44,680 bases of DNA from the NCBI RefSeq assembly GCF_001194135.2, contig NC_068985.1, positions 83,633,512 to 83,678,191 on the forward strand, given 5' to 3'. Source of the stretch: Octopus bimaculoides (taxonomy: Eukaryota). The notes beneath the pieces were generated by a model. It worked only from the letters and a program-made list of their open reading frames with translations. It did not search any database and was not told the DNA's origin. Shown in pieces: positions 36,373-44,680 of the stretch. The position numbers and the translations under genes are program-made. The first letter of the stretch is position 1. Each line of letters starts with the position of its first letter.

Positions 36373-36859
36373 CTGCATATATATGTCTGCTGTATATTAA
36401 CTATCAATCAATTCCTCTCTCCCCCACCACTTTCTCACTCCCTGTATACATACATACATACATATTTAACATTTACATTATTTATATACAAATCAGCTGG
36501 TTACTGAGATACTGAGATTGGCTATGGACAATATATTGGAAAAATAAATAGATAAAAAATATCTTTTAAATGAAACATAATGTAAAATTAATATTATATG
36601 GCAAAATGAAACAAAAGTGTAAATATAACTAAAATTCACACATAGAAATTCACACATGCATATATATTTACACATAGATATATAAACACACACACTATAA
36701 ATCTGTCAGTGAGTGGTTGATACCTTGACAGTTTGCTCTTCTTGGGCCTGATGGGCAGCAAAGCCTGGGCTAGCAACTAAACGCATCAGGAAAGTCAAAA
36801 TTAACTTAGATTATAAATAGAAAACGAAAGCATACTACATACACTATAATGCTTCCAAA

Positions 36860-37235
36860 TATTGGTTTCAAATTCGGGCACAAGGCCAGCAATTTCGGGG
36901 ATGGAGACAAATCGATTGCATTGACCCCAGCACTCAGCTGGTACTTATTTTATCAACCCTGAAAGGATGAAAGACAAAGCTGACCTCAGCAGAATTTGAA
37001 ATTAGAACATAATGACAGACAAAATGCCGCTAAGCATTTTGCCCAGCATGCTTATAATTCTTCCGGCTTGCTACCTTTTAATGCTTCCTAATGTTGACCA
37101 TTTTCCTACATTCGATAGGAAGATTCAGTTACAGCTCTTTACATTTTGAGTTCAAACTCTACTATGGTCAACTTCACCTTTTATCCTTCAGGTGTTATAG
37201 AAATAAATTACCGGTCAAGTACTAGATTGATTTGC
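36860..37235. mobile_element. Divergent pair of SINE family B copies (minus 36860-37070, plus 37125-37235)
   Basis: ggtacttattttatcaaccctgaaaggatgaaagacaaagctgacctcagc versus gagttcaaactctactatggtcaacttcaccttttatccttcaggtg. Confidence 0.75.
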
Positions 37236-37642
37236 ATTCCTATAATGCATTGTAGATGTGTATGGAATTATAAAAGAAGACAAGACACTGTAAATAGCAG
37301 TTGTAACTTTAGTAACAGAAGCAACATTTGTATAGTGGTTGTGGTGGTGGTGGTGGTAATTGAAAAAAAGACAAATGAGAAAAGTGGTCCACATGAGAGC
37401 AGTGATGTCTTAGTTAAATTTTACAGTAGTAGCAGAATTAGGAAAGACAACTGGTACACAATAATACCATACTGTCACTTTGACTATTCAGGGAAGCAGC
37501 AAAGGTGGGAGGAAGAGAAGAAGACATATTTTATGCTGTGATTCTCAAAGGAGAGAACAGATGTAAAGAGTACATGGCTAGTTTGTACCACAGAAGTGCT
37601 GTTTTTGTTTGTGACTGTAATAATAGTACACACACACACACG

Positions 37643-37677
<35 letters not shown>

Positions 37678-37751
37678 NNNNNNNNNNNNNNNNNNNNNNN
37701 NNNNNNNNNNNNNNNNNNNNNNNNNNNNNNNNNNNNNNNNNNNNNNNNNNN

Positions 37752-37806
<55 letters not shown>

Positions 37807-38077
37807 CATATACACATGCAGTCACACACACTTGTACACACACACATACATACATATGCAGTTGAAGAGAAATTTCTTAGCATACAAAAATAAACACAAC
37901 CAGGATTCTCTCACCAATCACACAACCAGCAACCAGCATTAGAATTCTAGGCATGTATTTTACCAAAGACTATTTGTCAGAATGTTTAGCTAAGTAGAAT
38001 TAAAATCATTTGGTATTCATAAGGGCTTTTTTCCCCCTTACTTTCTCCTTTCATTGTTTATTATATTTTGTGTGTGT

Positions 38078-38113
<36 letters not shown>

Positions 38114-38649
38114 CGCAGTATCTTGAATACCCAGGCTTGTTCTTTTTTTGCATTTTTTATTCACTGTTGTTGTCGTTGTTGCTGTTGTATGGACTTTCAA
38201 CACTCCATATATCTGTAATAGAATAGCTATGGATGTTTAATGAATAAATTATTCGGATAAATATTTGGATGTACTGTCTTCGATATTTACTGTGTTCAAT
38301 ATTTATTCGAATAAAAACGACCCACCCACACAACCAACAAAAAAAACCTACAAAAATGAAACAAAGAAAAACAATAAAAATAATTTTTAAAAACCACAAA
38401 ACAAACAAACAAACACAAATATATAAATATACACAACATCACCCCACACACACCTTACCAAATAATGCAAACAAGCAATCATTTGAATAGAAAAATCAAG
38501 AAATGAAGTACAACTAGATTCCATCTATTTGGAGCTTGTGGAAATTGTTAAAGATGTCAAGACATTAATACTAACATCCGTAAAGAAAGTTACCTTTTCA
38601 TTTTTATTGCTTGCTACTAGTTACAGCAGATTATAATCATAATCATTAC

Positions 38650-39630
38650 TATAATTGTTGTTGTTGTTATTATTAATATTATTATTATTATTATTATTAT
38701 TATCATTCATTTGAACCCTGGGGTCGATGTAATCGACTCACCTCCTCCTTCAAAACTGCTGTCCTTGTGGCAAAATTTGAAACTATTATTATTATTATTA
38801 TTATTAATATTATTATTATTATTATCATTATTATTATTATATTCAAATGCCACCAATGTCATCCTTTCATGGTCAGTAAATTAAGTACCAGTGAAACACT
38901 GGGGTCAGTGTAACTGACTCATCCCCTCCCCCAAAATGGCTGCGCTTATAGTGAAATTTGAAACCATTATTATTATTATTAATTTTATTACTCTTATTTT
39001 TTTTTTATGCTCATCATTGTGTTTATCGCTAAAAATAATAGTTATCAGAAACTAATATTTCTCTTAACAAAAGTAAAAAAAAATTCCTTTTTTTAAATTT
39101 TCCTAATAAAAATTAGTATAATAATTATTGCAGTTAATGATAATTAAGTAATAACAATAGTTTCTAATTTAACCTCAAGGCCAGTAATTTTCAGTGGGAG
39201 GAACTTAATTGATATCTATGACCCCAGTATTTGATTGGTACTATATTTTATTGACCCCAGAAGGATGAAAAGTAAACTTGACTTCAGTAAGATTTGAACT
39301 CAAAATGTAAAGAACTGGAGCAAATATCACAAGACACTCTTTCTTTTCAATGCACTAATGAGTCTGCCAATGCACCAAGCATCATCATCATCATCATCAT
39401 CATCCTCATCATTATTACTATTATCATTATTATATAAGGTAGTGAGCTGGAAGAATTGTTAAGATGTTGGGCAAAATGCTTAGCTGCATCTCATTCATGT
39501 TTGCCTTTCATCCTTTGTGAGGGGGGGGGCTGATAAAATAAGTACCAGTTGTGAACTGGGGTCGATGTAATTGATTTACCCTCTCCTCTCCAATGTCAGG
39601 CCTTGTGCCTTTAGCAGAAAGGATTATTTC
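38650..39630. mobile_element. Cluster of SINE family B fragments and copies with (ATT)n tails (38712-38790 +, 38860-38965 +, 39170-39375 -, 39437-39628 +)
   Basis: Repeated ctggggtcgatgtaat.gact and aaaataagtaccagt motifs. Confidence 0.75.
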
Positions 39631-39657
39631 GTCCAGATATTAACATTCTGAGTTTCA

Positions 39658-39878
39658 CCCTTTAATATTTAAACTGACCATATGTGGCCCAAATATTCTA
39701 TTTGTTTTATCTTCAAACTGACCAGATCCAGGCTCTCATGCACACCCTACAATGTCATTGTATTGTAAAAATAAACAATCGTGTCATTGAAATCTTGAAG
39801 CTACGAGATAATGTATGATTAATACAAAACAATGTTAATAAATAAGTATTACTTTTGACAGGATAATCTTTGAAAGAG
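39658..39878 (+). mobile_element. piggyBac-type MITE
   Basis: ttca|CCCTTT...AAAGAG|TTAA ends. Confidence 0.75.
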
Positions 39879-40009
39879 TTAAACTTCTCCTTTCATGCTT
39901 TTGCAGGTTAATCAATTAAACCTGTCAAATGCTAGTGTTGATGTCATTAACTTACCAACCTCACCACAAAGAAGAAAAAAATTCAGGTCATGTGACTATA
40001 TTAGAAAAA

Positions 40010-40047
<38 letters not shown>

Positions 40048-40055
40048 TATTAGGT

Positions 40056-40630
40056 GTAGGAGTGGTTCAGTCCCACTGCATGGCACCTTGGGCAAGTGTC
40101 TTCTACTATAGCCTCGGCCCGACCAAAGCCTTGTGAGTGGATTTGGTAGATGGAAACTGAAAGAAGCCCATCGTGTATATATCTATATATGTGTGTGTGT
40201 GTGTGTCTGTGTTTGTCCCCACCAACATCGCTTGACAACCGATGCTGGTGTGTTTACGTTCCCTGTAACTTAGCAGTTTGGCAAAAGAGACCGAGAGAAC
40301 ANNNNNNNNNNTGGGCAAGTGTCTTCTACTATAGCCTCGGCCCGACCAAAGCCTTGTGAGTGGATTTGGTAGATGGAAACTGAAAGAAGCCCATCGTGTA
40401 TATATCTATATATGTGTGTGTGTGTGTGTCTGTGTTTGTCCCCACCAACATCGCTTGACAACCGATGCTGGTGTGTTTACGTTCCCTGTAACTTAGCAGT
40501 TTGGCAAAAGAGACCGAGAGAACAAGTACTAGGCTTCCAAAGAATAAGTCCTGGGGTCTATTTGCTCGAATAAAAGGCGGTGCTCCAGCATGGCCACAGT
40601 CAAATGACTGAAACAAGTAAAAGAGAGTAA
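40056..40630 (+). mobile_element. SINE family A with a 213-bp segment duplicated across a 10-N gap (assembly artefact)
   Basis: 40089-40301 appears identical to 40312-40524. Confidence 0.9.
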
Positions 40631-40634
40631 AAAC

Positions 40635-40635
40635 A

Positions 40636-40668
<33 letters not shown>

Positions 40669-40745
40669 CAGTAGCAGCAGCAGTAGAAATAGTAGTAGTA
40701 GTGGTAGCAGCAGCAGCAGCAGCAGTAGAAGTAGTAGTAGTAGTA
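40635..40745. repeat. (AGT/AGC)n compound microsatellite
   Basis: Direct reading. Confidence 0.95.
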
Positions 40746-40749
40746 GCAT

Positions 40750-40970
40750 GGAAGGTGGCAAGCTGGCAGAATCACTAGCATGCTGGGTGAAATGCTTAGT
40801 GACATTTTGTCTGTCTTTACGCTCTGAGTTCAAATTCTGCCAAGGTCGACTTTGGTTTTCATCATTGGGGTCGGTAAATTAACTACCAGCGAAACACTGG
40901 GGTTCATGTAATCAACTAGACTCCTCCCACCAAAATTGCAAGCCTTGTGCCTTTAGTAGAAAGGATTATT
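40750..40970 (+). mobile_element. SINE family B
   Basis: aaggtggcaagctggcagaatcactagcatgctgggtgaaatgcttag head; gagttcaaattc B-box-like; Deu/Nin-like core. Confidence 0.85.
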
Positions 40971-41309
40971 ATTATTAATATTATCATTAATGGTTTCTTT
41001 CACTATAATTTTATTTCAAACTGCCTAAGTACCAGGCATCTTCCAGAGGCCAAGAGTAGCAAGGGCACTTATATTTTGCTATGCATGCTAAAATTATCAC
41101 CACATTTACTTCATTTTTGATGGAGAGTGCTTTCCATAGTATATGGGCTGGACCCATCAAGGTTATCTTTTGTAGTTCACTGAGATTGGAATTACCAGGG
41201 AGTTGCTTAATATACTTCTCAGCTCCCTTCTTTATCATTCCCAACACATCAATTACTACTGGTATTATCATTGTACTAATTATCATCATCATCATTATTA
41301 TTATTATTA

Positions 41310-41490
41310 AGGTGGCAAGCTGATAGAATCATTAGCATGCCAGACTTGACTGCATTTCATTTGTCTTTACATTCTGAGTTCAATTGTCACCAAGGTTGAC
41401 CTTGCCTTTCATCCTTTCAGAGTCGATGTAACAGCCTTGCCACCTCCCTCAAATTTCAGGCTTTGTGCCAATCATAGAAAAGATTATTAT
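41310..41490 (+). mobile_element. SINE family B, internally deleted
   Basis: aaggtggcaagctgatagaatc...gttgaccttgcctttcatcctttcagagtcgatgtaac. Confidence 0.8.
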
Positions 41491-43009
41491 TGTTTTTGAT
41501 GTTGTTGTTGTTGTTGTTATTATAACTGCTGTAGTTGTAGTTGTTGTTATAGTCAATGAAAGTAGGGAGGACAAATTTGGAGCTTAAATTAATTAAAATT
41601 AATTAAAAATAGAATGCAATGGAGAGTAAATCTGTATGATGACCTCCACTTACAAAACATATATTGGTAAACAAAAACATCTCAAAATATTCACAAAACT
41701 TAACAACAGACAAGGAAGAACCATTATTGAATGCCTTCATTTATAAGTACACCAAAATATACCTTCAATAAATAAATAAATAAATAATCATGATCGAAAA
41801 AGATAGCACTATTAATTAATAAGTACATTTAGTCACACATGCACAAAACCATAAATAAAATCTCCAATTAATAAGAAATCAATTTTAACAAACTATAGAA
41901 ATAACCAAATTTAAAATTAATTAGCACCGATAAGACACTAGCATTATTCATTAATCCATTGAGAGACATAGAAGCTATGGGAAAAGAAAAACAAATACAC
42001 AAACAAGAAAACATGCAAAAAAGAAATAACAAAAACTAATAAAAACTTCCAATTAATACGAAATCAATTTCGACAAACTATAGAAATAACTAAATTTAAA
42101 ATTTAAAAGAATAGATTTAATCCTCTGACACATTTCTATATACTCCATTCTTCTTAGTATAATCACATCTACAATATAACAACGGCTATTTCCTCACTAA
42201 TTGCCAACTAATCACAATAAGTTGGCTGCTTCCAAGCACCAACGAATCACAGTATACAATAGCCATTCCTTAATCCAACCCATCACTTGTTTACAACCTC
42301 CTATTTAAACTATAAATATCAATTGTCAGTCAGTGTTAGTATTCCTTTGTATGTTAATTCACTTGCGCGCTAATACTGAAAAAAAATCTTAATTTATTGC
42401 AACGTATTCTACCATACAGATGTCTTATATTCATAGCCATCATAAAAATCTGTTAGCTTTTCTTAACTTGCTTACAATAGGAAATGTACTACATGTTTAT
42501 TACTTGTTATTAATGAAGGAATATAAAGCGACTCAATATTAAATTGGTCTACAAATTCTCCTGGTTGTTTGTTCAATTGAACATGTATGAGAAAGAACAG
42601 TAGCAACAGCAACAATGTCATGACCATCACCATCGTCATTATCATCATCACAGTTATTTTTTCATGGTGGTATGGGTTGGATGAATTATTATTATTTTTA
42701 AGGCAGAATTTTTTTTTACAAATGCCAATTCATTTCATCACATCATACAACACAGATTTTCCCCCTCTCCTAGACACACATGCACACTCATGTTCACATG
42801 CATAGATACAGACATGTGTGCATGTGCAGACACATATCATACACTGTAGCAGTAGTAACATCTGGACACATACACGCATATACTTATATATATATATATT
42901 TTTTTTTTTATATATAATGTTGACCAGATAAAAATATACCTTAATCCCCTAAGATCTCAGATATTTTTTCTGAATATCTCAGATATTTACTGGGCAACAT
43001 TATATCCTC

Positions 43010-43195
43010 ATCATCATCATCGTTTAACGTCCGCTTTCCATGCTAGCATGGGTTGGACGATTTGACTGAGGACTGGTGAAACCGGATGGCAACACCAGGC
43101 TCCAATCTAATTTGGCAGAGTTTCTACAGCTGGATGCCCTTCCTAACGCCAACCACTCAAAGAGTGTAGTAGGTGCTTTTACGTGTCACCCGCAC
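43010..43195 (-). mobile_element. Well-preserved RTE-associated 3' tail, runs into gap
   Basis: catcatcatcgtttaacgtccgctttccatgctagcatgggttggacg... with CpGs retained. Confidence 0.9.
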
Positions 43196-43817
43196 NNNNN
43201 NNNNNNNNNNNNNNNNNNNNNNNNNNNNNNNNNNNNNNNNNNNNNNNNNNNNNNNNNNNNNNNNNNNNNNNNNNNNNNNNNNNNNNNNNNNNNNNNNNNN
43301 NNNNNNNNNNNNNNNNNNNNNNNNNNNNNNNNNNNNNNNNNNNNNNNNNNNNNNNNNNNNNNNNNNNNNNNNNNNNNNNNNNNNNNNNNNNNNNNNNNNN
43401 NNNNNNNNNNNNNNNNNNNNNNNNNNNNNNNNNNNNNNNNNNNNNNNNNNNNNNNNNNNNNNNNNNNNNNNNNNNNNNNNNNNNNNNNNNNNNNNNNNNN
43501 NNNNNNNNNNNNNNNNNNNNNNNNNNNNNNNNNNNNNNNNNNNNNNNNNNNNNNNNNNNNNNNNNNNNNNNNNNNNNNNNNNNNNNNNNNNNNNNNNNNN
43601 NNNNNNNNNNNNNNNNNNNNNNNNNNNNNNNNNNNNNNNNNNNNNNNNNNNNNNNNNNNNNNNNNNNNNNNNNNNNNNNNNNNNNNNNNNNNNNNNNNNN
43701 NNNNNNNNNNNNNNNNNNNNNNNNNNNNNNNNNNNNNNNNNNNNNNNNNNNNNNNNNNNNNNNNNNNNNNNNNNNNNNNNNNNNNNNNNNNNNNNNNNNN
43801 NNNNNNNNNNNNNNNNN

Positions 43818-43858
<41 letters not shown>

Positions 43859-44349
43859 CACACATATATATGACACAGATGGGCAGAGATTCACTACACC
43901 TGTTTCAAACGTTCTTTACCGAGGAACAAATCAACTATATCATGAAAACAGAAACGTTTTCTTCAGGTGAATTAAAAAATACTATTTAACATTTAGGATT
44001 TCTCATCCTAACCAAATAGTAAAGGATGTATATTGACTCAGTCACCTCGGTGCCAGATGAGTGACTAAATTGGGGAATGCTCTTTCAATGTTAAATATAC
44101 ATGGCAACAAACCTATCAACACCACCAAGTGATATAAAGAAAGGAAGAAAAGAAAACGAAAACGAAAAAAACGCTCATCCTTCTTATAGGAAGTCAAAGG
44201 GTTTCTTTTGGGGATTGACTTTATTTACAGATAAGGAGACAAGGTGGCTCATCAGCATGCTATTATGAGTAGCAAGGGAAGAAATAATTATGTGTGTATG
44301 TGTGTGTGTGTACAGGTATATGTATATGTGTGTGTGCCTGACTTTGTAT

Positions 44350-44553
44350 CTGTGTTTGTTCCCCATAACTGCTTGACAACTGGTGTTGGTGTGTTAACAT
44401 TCTCATAATTTAACAGTCCAGCAAAAGAGAGCAAGAATAAGGACCAAGTTTTAGAAAATATATAAGCATCATGGTCAATTCATTCAATGGAAATTCTTCA
44501 ATACAGTTCCCCCCCCCCCTTGGCATGGCCACAGTGTAATGACTGAAACAAGT
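44350..44553 (+). mobile_element. SINE family A 3' half, diverged
   Basis: gcttgacaactggtgttggtgtg...gcatggccacagtgtaatgactgaaacaagt. Confidence 0.8.
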
Positions 44554-44680
44554 TCCATTCATATAGTGGTCATAGGTGCCATACCTTAACCACACACACA
44601 AACATATATATATACATACATATACATATATATACATACATATATATATATATATACATACATATATATATATATATATA

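Noticed and set aside
37146-37541. 131-aa ORF
   Set aside because: Starts inside a SINE, crosses a (GTG)n run, and has no recognisable motifs.
38157-38408. Minus-strand 83-aa ORF with possible acceptor near 38213
   Set aside because: Largely simple (AAC)n and T-rich sequence; no convincing donor or homology.
40089-40524. Perfect 213-bp tandem duplication
   Set aside because: Identical copies abut a 10-N gap, typical of unmerged contig overlap or haplotype redundancy.
724-43989. Long ORFs containing X runs (e.g. 4044-5033, 13503-14345, 15143-16008, 18562-19410, 43076-43989)
   Set aside because: They are open only because they cross N-gaps; flanks are microsatellite translations (YI, HT, RE, SL).

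Overview
AT-rich, repeat-saturated eukaryotic non-coding DNA from a gapped draft assembly (12 N-runs, most flanked by microsatellites). The SINE, LINE and microsatellite landscape looks like an octopus (coleoid cephalopod) intron or intergenic region; this is inferred from family resemblance, not from a search. I recognise no intact protein-coding gene, rRNA, tRNA gene or CRISPR array. Nearly all ORF-track entries are read-through of N-gaps, microsatellites or decayed transposons. Supported content: three tRNA-headed SINE families in many copies; decayed LINEs (a ~2.9 kb R4/Dong-like RT plus restriction-like-endonuclease element, several RTE 3' fragments with minisatellite-bearing 3' UTRs, two CR1/L2-group 3' fragments); a mariner transposase remnant; mariner, hAT and piggyBac-type MITEs; and Penelope-like terminal repeats. 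Best leads: (1) three different hammerhead-ribozyme-like motifs, one at 10394-10470 with all core nucleotides present but an unusual insert before helix II; (2) a SINE/CR1-like-LINE shared 3' tail whose stem-loop shows a compensatory base-pair change; (3) nested insertions and closely spaced inverted SINE pairs that could form dsRNA; (4) a few weak splice-site-flanked exon candidates. Repeat coordinates were read by eye and are approximate.
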